A stretch of 63,659 nt of DNA, the filler included, from Octopus bimaculoides (lineage: Eukaryota): assembly GCF_001194135.2 (NCBI RefSeq). It is 7 parts of 7 records of this genome, joined end to end, with 100 filler letters (N's around TTAATTAATTAA, not from the genome) between each part and the next. Parts side by side here need not be neighbours in the genome. Positions count along the whole stretch, not along the records: positions 1 to 13,032 come from NC_068984.1; positions 13,133 to 18,094 come from NC_069004.1; positions 18,195 to 26,820 come from NC_068991.1; 4 more parts are not named here. One strand, given 5' to 3'. This document shows, in pieces, positions 12,585 to 24,372 of this stretch (positions within the stretch are counted from its first letter, which is position 1; every line of letters starts with the position of its first letter). Both the position numbers and the translations under genes were made by a program. Under the pieces are notes generated by a model, which saw only the letters and a list, made by a program, of their open reading frames with translations, did not search any database and was not told the DNA's origin.

Positions 12585-12970
12585 TTTGTATTTCATGCAG
12601 TGAGATGTTCATCTGAAATATTAGATATGATGATGTCTGGGTGATTTTTGAAGATATCTATATCGACTGCTCGTAGCTCTCTTAGGATTTTTGCAAGTTA
12701 CTGAAGATTTGCGGACCCTTCAAGCCTAAGTTGCTATAGTGTCTAATCTTAATCCTACATGAGGAGGAGGAAAACATTTGGCACAATGCAGAGGCATTCA
12801 ATTCGGAAATTGGTGTATCTTTCAGTTCCAAAGCTTGGCGATAGACACCGCAGGGCTTTAAATATCAATTTCACTGTATATCTTTTATGTTTCCGCAACA
12901 GAAAGTAGAGCCTCAGTTTTTTTCCAGCTCTCCCGGTTGCTGATCTGCTGCGTAGATCCATTTTTTGGAG
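12585..12970 (-). pseudogene. Decayed CR1-type LINE ORF2 C-terminus
   Basis: Minus strand gives SNLGLKGPQIF and DIDIFKNHPDIIISNISDEH, matching the ..GPQLFN..FK..LD.FL..VPDEP end of CR1-like ORF2. Confidence 0.65.
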
Positions 12971-12990
12971 AAACAGGATTGGATATTCTC

Positions 12991-13032
<42 letters not shown>

Positions 13033-13076
13033 NNNNNNNNNNNNNNNNNNNNNNNNNNNNNNNNNNNNNNNNNNNN

Positions 13077-13088
13077 TTAATTAATTAA
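13077..13088. other. Artificial scaffold-join spacer TTAATTAATTAA
   Basis: Flanked by exactly 44 N each side (100 bp total); palindromic, with stops in all six frames. Confidence 0.95.
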
Positions 13089-13132
13089 NNNNNNNNNNNN
13101 NNNNNNNNNNNNNNNNNNNNNNNNNNNNNNNN

Positions 13133-13172
<40 letters not shown>

Positions 13173-13978
13173 TATATGCATATGCAAGCACAATTCTATT
13201 CATATACACATATACACACATATCCATAAGGAAATAACACGCTGAAACAATAACTGGTACTACTGCTGCTGTCATTTCTACTGCTGCTACTGCTGCTGAT
13301 GCCGCTGCTGTTGCTGTATCTGGCTGTAGAATACTGTTACATGAACGAAAGTTCTTACTGTAGAATTTGGCATCATTGTTCTTATCTTTTTCTTATTCTT
13401 GCTATTGTTGCCGTTATTATTTGCCCTTTAACAAGATAAAAAAATTGTTTTTTGGCTTCTGATAATAACATTTCGAAATAAAATGGAAAATGTACGCATA
13501 CGTGCATTCGCAGACACACGCAAAGGAGCACATACACAGACAAACACACGTATATGTGCATATAATTTATATTCGCATATTTTATATTCGTATATGTAAT
13601 TTTATATTCGTATATGTTGTTTTATATTCGTATGTTTATATATGGCTATCAATTTCATATATATATATATATATATANNNNNNNNNNNNNNNNNNNNNNN
13701 NNNNNNNNNNNNNNNNNNNNNNNNNNNNNNNNNNNNNNNNNNNNNNNNNNNNNNNNNNNNNNNNNNNNNNNNNNNNNNNNNNNNNNNNNNNNNNNNNNNN
13801 NNNNNNNNNNNNNNNNNNNNNNNNNNNNNNNNNNNNNNNNNNNNNNNNNNNNNNNNNNNNNNNNNNNNNNNNNNNNNNNNNNNNNNNNNNNNNNNNNNNN
13901 NNNNNNNNNNNNNNNNNNNNNNNNNNNNNNNNNNNNNNNNNNNNNNNNNNNNNNNNNNNNNNNNNNNNNNNNNNNNNN

Positions 13979-14028
<50 letters not shown>

Positions 14029-14031
<3 letters not shown>

Positions 14032-14175
14032 CACAGAAGTGGCTGTGTGGTAAGAAGATTGCTTACCAACCATAAGGTTCCGGATTCAATCCCACTGTAT
14101 AATACCTTTGCCAAGTGTCTACTAATTTAGCCTAGGTCTCACCAAAGCATTATGAATGGAAACGCTAAACGGAAA
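14029..14175 (+). mobile_element. Family A SINE head fragment
   Basis: ggcacagaagtggctgtgtggtaagaagattgcttaccaacc..ggttccggattcaatcccactg. Confidence 0.8.
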
Positions 14176-14233
14176 CCGAGAAATGTATATATAAAAAAAA
14201 ATATATGACTAAATCTTAAAATATCATAATAAT

Positions 14234-14606
14234 AATATCTATGGAGTAAAAACTATTTTCCAACATTACACGGCTGTCCTGGTTTAGGACGAATGTTGCT
14301 GTAATTAATTTAGCCCAGTGACATCGTCTCCAGTTGGCTATACGACACGATCTGTGTCCTTATATTTTTCGAACAACGGCATTTAGCAACCCCACTCAGC
14401 TCAAAACAATATTTGTGTATACACATATGTGGTTTTGGGCTGAGTGGGTGTGCTAGATTCCCTTGTTCGAAAATATAAAGACCATAGATCATGTCGTATA
14501 GCCAGCTGGAGACGATGTCTCCTGAGGTTAATTTACAGCAACATTCGTCCTAAACCAGGACTGCTATTGTTATGTTGGCAAATAATCTTTACTCCAAAGT
14601 AATATT
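14234..14606. mobile_element. ~370-bp foldback (fully palindromic) MITE
   Basis: Left and right halves are reverse complements along their whole length, centred on tgtgta|tacaca (14414-14425) with no spacer. Confidence 0.9.
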
Positions 14607-14709
14607 GCTGAGTATCTCTTTGATTTACAAATAGTAATTTTCTATTATCTACACTCCGATGTAAAGCGACATTTATAAATAAAATATTGACTTCTGGTTT
14701 CTTTGCAAG

Positions 14710-14800
14710 AGCGGCTGTGTCGTAAGAAGCTTGCTTACCAACCACATGGTTCCAGGTTCAGTCCCACTGCGTGGCACCTTGGGCAACTGTCTTCTACTAC
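14710..14800 (+). mobile_element. Family A SINE head fragment
   Basis: ggctgtgtcgtaagaagcttgcttaccaaccacatggttccaggttcagtcccactgcgtggcaccttgggc, ending in (CTAT)n. Confidence 0.88.
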
Positions 14801-14967
14801 TATCTATCTAGCTAACTATCTGTCTGTCTTTCTGTATGTATGTATGTCTGTATGTACGTATCTATCTATCTTTCTATCTCTATACATTTATATACATATC
14901 TTTACATGTATACGTACATGCATGCATACATACATACACACATATGTTTATATATATATAAACATAC

Positions 14968-15061
<94 letters not shown>

Positions 15062-15697
15062 GTACATACACATATACAGATACACACAAGCATATACATG
15101 TGCCATACCACATGTAAGAAATAAAACATACAAACTTCCACTCTCACAGCAATACACATGACACATAGATTTGTACATCATACAAATATGTGTGTGTGCG
15201 TGTGTGTGTGTGTGTGTGTTTTGTGTGTGTGTTGTGCGTGTGTTTGTGCATAAAACACCGTTTGTATACGACAAAAACAATCCCATAGATATCGATACAA
15301 CGATATCAGTACATATAAAAAATAAAACACAAAAAAATTTAAGATGCAAACGTACACACACATGCATGTGTACGTACTTAACATATGCTCAAGTAATTTA
15401 AAGGCACCCATACCCGTATTCCGTGCATGTGTGCAGAGACACATAAAGAGAAACATATATGAAGGCATCACATACACATCCACACACAAACTGAAACATA
15501 TAAAATGTATACACACCGAGACACACTTATTTACATACACACACACACACATATATATGTGTGTGTGTATACATATATAATGTGTATTGATATATTTACA
15601 TATATATTTGTATATATAAATATATGTATACATACATATAGAAATATATATGTATACGTATCAATGAATGTATGGATATATATACACACATATATAC

Positions 15698-15734
<37 letters not shown>

Positions 15735-15747
15735 CATACACACACAT

Positions 15748-15781
<34 letters not shown>

Positions 15782-16824
15782 GTTTAAACTTTCACATATA
15801 TCCTCACGTACTCCAACCTAAGAGTACACATTAGAACACACCTACAGAGACAGACGCACGGGAGGAAACCTTGTCTTACTGATAGGAACACACACACACA
15901 CACACGCACACACACACACACACACACATACACACATACACACAGATAGAGACCGGCAAAACCACAACACATACAACAAACACATTGAGAAGAACTTTCG
16001 AAAAACAAACGAACACAAACAAGGAAGGATAAAAAATTTATCAGATAAACAAGAGACAGGAAGTATGGTAGACAGGAATCTTTGACAGACATCATCTGTC
16101 TCAAGTATATATCCTGTGTATACTGTAGAGAAAAGAAAAAACTTTGAATTTTATATCTGTTTTATTATTGTATATCCAATCTTCCATACTTTTTTTTACT
16201 GATTTATCTGTACAGAATTACTTATTGAAGTTTTTATTGATGTACGTTTCTTTGTATGCATATTTTTATGTTTTCATGTATGTATGTATGTATGTATGTA
16301 TGTATGCGTGTGTGTATGTATAGCTATATGTACATGTGCGGGTATATATATACTTATATATATATAAATATGCACGCATATATATACTTACAATATATAT
16401 ATACAGTACATATATTGAATATATATATTCATATTCATAAAACTATAAAACATTCGTGTAGATATATATATTTATATGTATGCTTCTGTCCGTTTTTATG
16501 TATGCATACATATATATATATGTATATACATATATATATATATATATATANNNNNNNNNNTTACAATATATATATACAGTACATATATTGAATATATATA
16601 TTCATATTCATAAAACTATAAAACATTCGTGTAGATATATATATTTATATGTATGCTTCTGTCCGTTTTTATGTATGCATACATATATATATATGTATAT
16701 TCATTCATATCTGCATATGTGTGTGCATGGGTATACACACACGAACACGCACATATACACAGACACACACACATACACACACACACACACACGTATACAC
16801 TCACATACACACAGACAAAGAATT

Positions 16825-16861
<37 letters not shown>

Positions 16862-17874
16862 GGGGGAGAGATAGATAGAGAGAAAGAGAGAATCTTTTTG
16901 TACACGGTATTTGTTTTTCTTTTTACTTGGCAGAATCGAAGCCGGTGACTAACAAAGTGACAAGGTTCTTTAGTCTAACTCAAGAGAACTTTGCTGATAT
17001 GTAATGTAGTTATCTGAATTTGTAAGAGTCTGCATATACGTGTACATGTGAATATGTTTGCACTGCTTTCAGTGTAATAGATGTGTACATTGTTTACTTC
17101 TGAAGAATGTGTGTGTTTTATATGTGTATATGTGTATAAGAGGTGCATTTGTTTCATTCTTCTTGTTTGCTTGTGTGGATGTCTTACGTATATAGAAATA
17201 ATACATTTCTAAATCTCTGAGAGAGATTTATACAGTAGCAGCATGATAAAGTGATAGTATGTTGTCAACGTTATGTGACAGTCCCATGAAAGGGAAGAAA
17301 GCTACTGTTATTCAGCCCTAGGAAACATATATCTTACATATATGTTCGTGATTCTATGAAAAGGTTTGTCCTGCAAACCCGAAAGTGGTAACGCCTAGAA
17401 TATTATTCACATTTTCCTTATACATTTAATCCATTGCATTTGGAGGAATACAACTACATTTTTGTTTTATATGCAGATGAATTTATGCAGCCCGGCGCCC
17501 CTATGGGAATAAGGACAAATGGAAATTTATAACTTAGATCGAAGAACAGCGGTTTTCTCCTTAAATTTTCTTTCATGTTATCCTTTTCACCAATTCTAGC
17601 AAGACATTGACATGCACAGAACGGCCGATGTCTAAATTAATGCATTCAATGGGTGCTTTTTATATCAGATTGTTCCACCAGTTTTATTAATTGTAAAGGC
17701 ATGAATACATCCTGTTTCCGGCTCACCTTTGCTATGGCCGTCAAGCTAATACTACCTGCCGATGGCATTTGGTTACTTGCATGTGTTTATATATGTTTAT
17801 ATATCTGTATATGTGAGTATTTACGTGTGTATGTGTGTTTGTATGTTTTCTTCTGTTGCTAATTATTTGAAGTT

Positions 17875-18007
17875 TTCCTGGCGGAGCCTCGAGGAGATTT
17901 GGGTGTTTTCGCCCAGTAAACACTCACAACGCCCGGTCTGCGAATTTAAATCGCAATCGAACGACCGCGAGTCCGTTGCCCTAACCACTGGGCCATTGTG
18001 CCTCCAC
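17875..18007 (-). mobile_element. Family C SINE head fragment
   Basis: aaacactcacaacgcccggtctg..gagtccgttgccctaaccactgggccattgtgcctccac. Confidence 0.88.
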
Positions 18008-18041
18008 ACACATATGTATATATATATGTATGTATGCATGC

Positions 18042-18094
<53 letters not shown>

Positions 18095-18138
18095 NNNNNN
18101 NNNNNNNNNNNNNNNNNNNNNNNNNNNNNNNNNNNNNN

Positions 18139-18150
18139 TTAATTAATTAA
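18139..18150. other. Artificial scaffold-join spacer TTAATTAATTAA
   Basis: 44 N each side. Confidence 0.95.
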
Positions 18151-18403
18151 NNNNNNNNNNNNNNNNNNNNNNNNNNNNNNNNNNNNNNNNNNNNTCTCTT
18201 TCTCTTTCTCTCTTGGTCCCTCGATTTTTCTTTTGTGAGTTGAAAGAGCAACTTTGATTAACTAAGATTATTCGTGCAACTTGTTAACCAAACATCCCTC
18301 AAAATGTTTTTAAAACAAAAAACACACCAAAAAAATCACCAGACAATGAAGACAACTGCAATAAAATCAATTAATTGTTGTGTCTTGGAGGAGTCATTAT
18401 GTC

Positions 18404-18447
<44 letters not shown>

Positions 18448-18456
18448 CACATGTAC

Positions 18457-18526
18457 AGATTCAATTCCACTTCTTTATTGTTAGGTGAGAAGGTGAGTGC
18501 CTCTAGAGAAAATACAGAACCAACTT
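18457..18526 (-). CDS. Candidate internal coding exon of an unidentified host gene (KVGSVFSLEALTFSPNNKEVELNL)
   Basis: Acceptor acatttctacag (alternative in-frame ttttctctag at 18503); open only in the phase handed over by exon 19721-19796; donor gtacat is weak. Confidence 0.4.
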
Positions 18527-18840
18527 CTGTAGAAATGTGCTCTATTTCAATCTATGCAACCTATGTAGACATGGAAAGAAAAACGTTAATAAGAATTTGT
18601 GTTGTTGTTGTTGTTGTTGATGTTGTTATTGTTGGTGGTGGTGCTGAGAACGTTGAGGAGGAGGGAGAAGGAGGAAGATAAGAGATAAAGCAGAATTTGT
18701 TAGACATTTGATGTAAATTTCTCAATGAGATGCCTTCAATTTGACAAAATATCTTATTTCACTCTCTCGTTCTTCCAATGTTGAGAAACTGGTTAATGTT
18801 GTTGCTGTTGTTATTTAGCACCAGGTCACAGGACTGTTTT

Positions 18841-19388
18841 GTGGAGACGCAATGGCCCAGTAGTTAGGGCAGCGGACTCGCCGTCATAGGATCGCGGTTT
18901 CGATTCCCAGACCGGGCGTTGTGAGTGTTTATTGAGTGAAAACACCTAAAGCTCCACGAGGCTCTGGCAAGGAATGGTGGCGAACCCTGTTGTACTCTTT
19001 CACCACAACTTTCTCTCACTCTTACTTCTTATTTCTGTTGTGCCTGTAATTCAAAGGGTCAGCCTTGTCACACTGTGTCACGCTGAATATCCCCGAGAAC
19101 TACATTAAGGGTGGGGTGCACGTGTCTGTGGAGTGCTCAGCCACTTGCACGTTAATTTCACGAGCAGTCTGTTCTGTTGATCGGATCAACTGGAACCCTC
19201 GACGTCATAAGNNNNNNNNNNNNNNNNNNNNNNNNNNNNNNNNNNNNNNNNNNNNNNNNTAAGGGTGCACGTGTCTGTGGAGTGCTCAGCCACTTGCACG
19301 TTAATTTCACGAGCAGTCTGTTCTGTTGATCGGATCAACTGGAACCCTCGACGTCATAAGCGACGGAGTGCAAACAACAACAACAATG
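18841..19388 (+). mobile_element. Family C SINE, full length (3' part duplicated across an N gap)
   Basis: 10-bp TSD ggactgtttt at 18831-18840 and 19389-19398; tRNA-like head; (CAA)n tail. Confidence 0.93.
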
Positions 19389-19720
19389 GGACTGTTTTAT
19401 CAACATTATGGACTCTTGCACAAGGCAATGCACAATCACTGCATATGTAGACTAGCATCGCTACCCTAGATCTGTAGAGGCTCCAGAATAATTGCCCAGT
19501 GTGTTTTTGCCTTAAGATGGGTACTAACAAATGCCTTTTACAATACAGAATCCTGTTACAAACTTTCTCAAAATTACCAACTGTTAAACTTGACTAAAAA
19601 ATATGCAGTAGCAAGGCATTACATTTCATAGGTACCTGTATACTAAAACATTAAACTGTTACTCAGTCACTTTCTACAGACTTAGTTGTAGGAAAACACA
19701 CACACAAGATACTGACTCAC

Positions 19721-19796
19721 TTGCATTTCGCATGCAGTTTGTGCATTTTGTGTATGTATACATCGTATGTTTATCAATTTCTTTGCCACTCAGTGT
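19721..19796 (-). CDS. Candidate internal coding exon of an unidentified host gene (TLSGKEIDKHTMYTYTKCTNCMRNA)
   Basis: Acceptor tttacag with upstream gctaa, strong donor gtgagt, a single open frame (phase 0 to 1), and two CpGs retained inside a CpG-poor domain. Confidence 0.5.
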
Positions 19797-19849
19797 CTGT
19801 AAATTCAATTCCTTTTAGCATATTTGTATCTTTTATAATTTTTTAAAAT

Positions 19850-20237
19850 TCTTTCATCATTAGACTGTGGCCATGCTGGGGTGCCACCTTGTAGAATTTT
19901 CAGTCAAATGTGTCAACCCCAATATTTATTTCTTTTTAAGCTTTGTACTTATTCTATTGATTTCTTTTGCTGAACTGCTAAGTCATGGAGACATAAACAC
20001 ACCAGCACTGGTTGTTAAGCAGTGGGGTGGGGCAGACACAAAGATGCATGCGCATACACACACACACATATATATATATATACAACAAGCTTTCAGTTTC
20101 TGTCTACCAAATCTACTCACAAGGCTGTGGTCAGCCTGAGCCTATAGTAGAAGACACTTGCCCAATGTGCCACACTGTGGGACTGAACCCTGAACCATGT
20201 GATTGGGAAGTAAGCTCCTTACCACACTGCCACACCT
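19850..20237 (-). mobile_element. Family A SINE, full length, CpG-decayed
   Basis: Colinear with 47425-47885, but nearly all CpGs are converted to TpG or CpA. Confidence 0.9.
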
Positions 20238-20614
20238 TTTGTTTAGTTTGTTTTGTTTAGTTTGATGCTTAACCACTGCTGCTTTTACAGCAATCTAGAA
20301 GATTAATGTAGCAACCATTATGCAGCCAGCTGAAGTTTTTCTCATTTGCTATTTTTCATTAGTCTGTTGGACTAATAACAGTGTCATATTTCTCAGACAG
20401 ACACTGATTATATAAACAGAAACTCAAATCTACTCAACCTCGCCTTTTTGGTAGAATGAAGCAAAAGCAGCTGTCTCTTTACCCAGAATTCAACCAGAAC
20501 AGAATCAGTCATTTCCAATTCTCATTCCAGCTACTGTTATTTCCACATTTCAATTGAACAAAACAGCAATTGACCAGCAACTCCATCATTTACCAACTGC
20601 ATTACCACATGCAC

Positions 20615-21020
20615 TGTCATCACCATCATTACCCGCGTCATCATGATTTGATGTCCATTTTAACTGAAAACTGGTAAGCTGGGAAGTGGCACCAGGTTTC
20701 AATCTGATTTGGCATAGTTCCTACAGCTGGGTGCCCTTCCTAATGCCAACCACTCCAAGAGTGTAGTGGGTGCTTTTTACATGCCACTGGCACAGGTGCC
20801 CTTTACAAAATACCATCATCGGTCATGACTATGATCTCACTTGGCTTAACATGTTTTTCCAAGCACAGTATATTGCCAAAGGTCTCGGTCACTTGTCACT
20901 GCCTCTGTGAGGCTCAAAGTTCAAAGGGCGCTTTTTACATGATACCAGTACATGTGCCAGTTATGCGACATTGGCCACAACTATGATTTCACTTGACTTT
21001 GCAGGTCTTCTAAAGCACAG
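20615..21020 (-). mobile_element. Non-autonomous retroelement with RTE-like tail and internal tandem units
   Basis: ctgggtgcccttcctaatgccaaccactcc near a (CAT)n end; two ~125-bp units (gctttttacatg..ctatgatYtcactt..aagcacag). Confidence 0.6.
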
Positions 21021-21237
21021 CTAACCATTTCTAACAATATGTAACACTGGTTCCATAATATGTTTTAATTCTACCTTGTTTTTATGAATGCTTTATTCTG
21101 AAAATTGTTGCCTTTTCTCTGCTTGAATTACTGAATTATTGCAGCAAGTAATTACAAACTCTTGGAACAGAACATATGCTATTTAACCATGTAGACTTAT
21201 CACACCACTTAGGCCTGCTGAAGTCTTCATTCTTTGT

Positions 21238-21458
21238 CTGTGTGGTACTTGCTTCCCAACCACATAGTTCTGGGTACAGTCCTGCTGCATAGCACCTTGG
21301 ACAAGTGCCTTCTACTATAGCCTCAGACCAACCAAAACCTAATGAGTGGATTTGGTAGACAGAAACTGAAAGAAGCCTGCCATGTATANNNNNNNNNNNN
21401 NNNNNNNNNNNNNNNNNNNNNNNNNNNNNNNNNNNNNNNNNNNNTATATATATGTATG

Positions 21459-21493
<35 letters not shown>

Positions 21494-21712
21494 TTGTGTG
21501 CTTGTATCTGTGTTTGTTCTTGCCACCATCACTTGACAACCAGTGTTGGTGTGTTTACATCATCATAACTTAGCAGTTTGACAAAGAGACCGATAGAATA
21601 AGTACTAGGTTTACAAAGAATAAGTTCTAGGGTCGATTTGTTCGACTAAAACCCCTTAAGATGGTGCTCCAGCATGGCCACAGTCAAATGACTGAAACAA
21701 GTAAAAGAATTG
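21238..21712 (+). mobile_element. Family A SINE, full length, CpG-decayed, spanning an N gap
   Basis: Head, body and tail colinear with 43610-44005. Confidence 0.9.
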
Positions 21713-21907
21713 TTAAAATAGCCATTTATATATCATAATAAATGAGTAAACACTGTCAATAAGTCAGTTACTGCAGTAATTGTTCTGAGATAACATCTCT
21801 AAAAGATGTATTGTTAAAAAACAATAGTTATAACAGGGAGATGAAATATCTTTGTGCACGTGATATTTTAATATTGGGGTTTGTAGCTATATTGATCTTA
21901 TAGAACA

Positions 21908-23150
21908 ACTAGCAAACGCACCCGCCCTTTAGATGGTCTAAGTTGCTTTGGTGGTATTTTTTCACCAAATAATTGAACTATTAAGAAGGTTTATGAGTAG
22001 CACGGCAATCTATGTTTCCGATTAACCTAGGAACAGAAAACCAAATTGAAGGCTCGTTATTGTGGAGGTCGTTTCACTTTAATGATCACAGAACATATAA
22101 GTTTGCAAGTGATGCAAAGTAGAGCTACTGAAGTGTTTTGGGAATATATTACGGATAATGACTAGTTGTTTTACATGAAAGCAAAATTTCATGTCAGAAA
22201 CAGCCACATAAATGGTGTAAGGAAATTGAAGGAAGACGTTGAAACTTCTCCTCTGTGAGTTTATTTTATTCAACAGTAAAGGGAGCTATTTTTTTCTGAA
22301 GAGAAATATGATTGGTACGTTCAAAAATGGCAATATAATACCTACTTGAAAAAAGTAGAGTTAAAGGAATGTGTTTGCTACGTGTTTACAGTGTACGACC
22401 ACTCTGAAATTGACTTCAGGTAACGAAAAATGAAGACATGAAGAGTTTGACTTCAGTTCACAAATGCTGCTTTGAATTTTTAGCAGTTGATAGTGAAAAG
22501 ATGTCGCGTTCGAAATATCATAATGGACGGATAAATAAGCATCCTTAAAATGAAACAACGCAATGGTAGGTAAACAAAGGTATCAACATATAGAAGAGAG
22601 GGAAGGGAACATCACCTTTCAAGTAACTCAGAATAGGTAAAGGTAAGCTTGCCAAAGTTTAATGCAGTTTAAATATGGAGGTTAAGATTCTTTGGTATTG
22701 GATATCCATCACGTACAGTGTTCCTAGTCGCAGATGGACAGTCGAAATAAATGAATAGACAAAATCCTTTCACTTTTATAATATTCGCTAACCAAGTAAT
22801 AATGCACAATTACAGCATATAAATAAGTAATAAATCAAAAAATGTGAAAACCACTAAGCAATATTCTTTAATGTCAATATACGATCATATAGATTTTAAA
22901 AAGTATGGAAAACCCCACATACATAAAAACTCTGTACATACAACGAATTAGAGAAAACCCGTGTAAACCACCGTTTTCCCCGGTTTGTCCATTTACGCGG
23001 AAGCTCTGGGCAAAATATTATAATGCATGACCATCTTTGGGACGCAAGTAATGTAGGTGTAAAGTTTGGTAAAAATCGGTTGAGAATTGTGGAAATGTAT
23101 GTGTTAGTCAATGTACACACACATACTGTGATTTATATATACTAGAAGAT
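21908..23150 (+). mobile_element. Possible non-autonomous Helitron-like element
   Basis: Starts actagcaaacgcacccgccc; ends aagtttggtaaaaatcggttgag..tttatatatactag; no TIR or TSD. Called from recalled end motifs only. Confidence 0.35.
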
Positions 23151-23296
23151 ATAAGTTAAAAGTGCACTGCATGCGTGTACATCTATACATACATAAAGAC
23201 ACACACATACATCTGCAACTATATGCATGAGAATACATACATAAAACCATACATACAAATCTGCACATATACATACACACACATATGTATACATAC

Positions 23297-23790
23297 TAAG
23301 ATCGATACATCAAAAGAATATTGGTGGAACTTAAAAGTCAAAACAGCCACCAAGTTAAAACTCAACCTGCCATATATTGCTGTGTAGTACCACAAAGAAA
23401 AGATACGTTCTGTTGTGGAAATCACCTGCCCACTGGACATTAATGTGATTAGAAAAATAGAAGAGAAAAAGAACGTCTATGAACCATTGATAAGGAGTTT
23501 GCAAATCCAGTACCCAAGATACACTTTCAGTTTCATGCCTATTATTATTGAAGCAACATGATATATACCAACCTGTCTGGAGCAAAGTATGACTGGACTT
23601 GGAATTTGGGGAATGCAAATCCTTAATTCATATGCTACAAATGACCACGATATCTGGGACTATAAAAATGTGCAAGACGTTCTTAAGATTTGAAGGATGA
23701 TGGTTAAAACAAGATGCTTTTTCTTCACAACAGTGCTACCAAGTAGAAGGCCGGTCAAAATTTACTTTAAAATTAAAAAGAAAAAAGGAA
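23297..23790 (+). mobile_element. 3' fragment of an RLE-type (R4/Dong-like) non-LTR retrotransposon
   Basis: EYWWNLKVKT..NLPYIAV..VVEITCPLDINV..EEKKNVYEPL..PIIIEA..ISGTIKMCKTFLRF matches the WW..NRPD..E..CP.D.N..EK..Y PD-(D/E)xK nuclease layout; contains stops. Confidence 0.75.
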
Positions 23791-23884
23791 GACTATACAT
23801 ACATACATACATACATAAAAACACATCCATAAAACAAACATACAAATCTGCGCATACTCTAACACCAAATACTGCACACACACA

Positions 23885-24000
23885 TATGCACAAATACCTA
23901 GATGATGTTGATAAACGTTCCAATGAAGGAGCCTTGAATCTATGTTAGAGTCCGGCTCTTTCTCTATTGACAAGAAATACAGAAATGAAACTGATTGATA
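23885..24000 (-). repeat. ~110-bp interspersed repeat embedded in (TATG)n
   Basis: Reverse complement matches 31365-31475 (gagaaagagccgg..tctaac.taga..caa.gctcctt.attggaa). Confidence 0.8.
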
Positions 24001-24069
24001 ACATACATACAATGTATATACAAGCATGTATGCACGCAAGATCGTACGTACATATGTATGTATGTATGT

Positions 24070-24340
24070 ATATGAAGGTATCCTTTAGTATTCCAAGACC
24101 ATGGATCTACGCTTGGAAAGTCTTTCTTCGACTTTGTTGGTTGAGCAGCATTTACTGTGACGAGAGAAACCCAAAAGTGAGTGGCAGTCCCAGCTGCAGT
24201 GACTGCATTCGAACAGTTTGCCAATGGTGTCCTGCTGCAGTTTTCTTCTTTTGAGTTTGCTTTTCTTCGTCAGCAAATCTTAGCACTCCACCCGCTCATT
24301 TTTAAACACTTTTCTTGTTTCAGCTCCCAGTAGGAGCACC
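24070..24340 (-). mobile_element. RTE-clade LINE 3' end
   Basis: KRRK..FECSHCSWDCHSLLGFSRHSKC is the C-terminal zinc-finger motif of RTE ORFs; a short 3' UTR runs into (TACA)n. Confidence 0.75.
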
Positions 24341-24372
24341 AGCAATATTTTAACACCATTCATCTCTCGATA

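Noticed and set aside
17726-17790. Minus-strand exon ending in a strong aag|gtgagc donor as continuation of the candidate gene
   Set aside because: The in-phase acceptor is poor and it lies across an artificial scaffold join.
18485-18492. Plus-strand 8-nt microexon (gttag|gtgagaag|gtgagt)
   Set aside because: Not a multiple of 3, no partner exon found, and it overlaps the better supported minus-strand exon candidate.
18841-18920. tRNA gene calls for SINE heads (also 4510-4587, 14029, 33616 and others)
   Set aside because: They have A/B boxes but no complete cloverleaf, and continue into SINE bodies with TSDs.
19549-19631. Plus-strand exon with a perfect TACTAAC branch point
   Set aside because: All three frames contain a stop and the donor gtacct is weak.
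20483-20520. Minus-strand mini-exon LEMTDSVLVEFW upstream of the 19796 exon
   Set aside because: The donor is plausible, but the only usable acceptor lacks a pyrimidine tract and longer versions contain stops.
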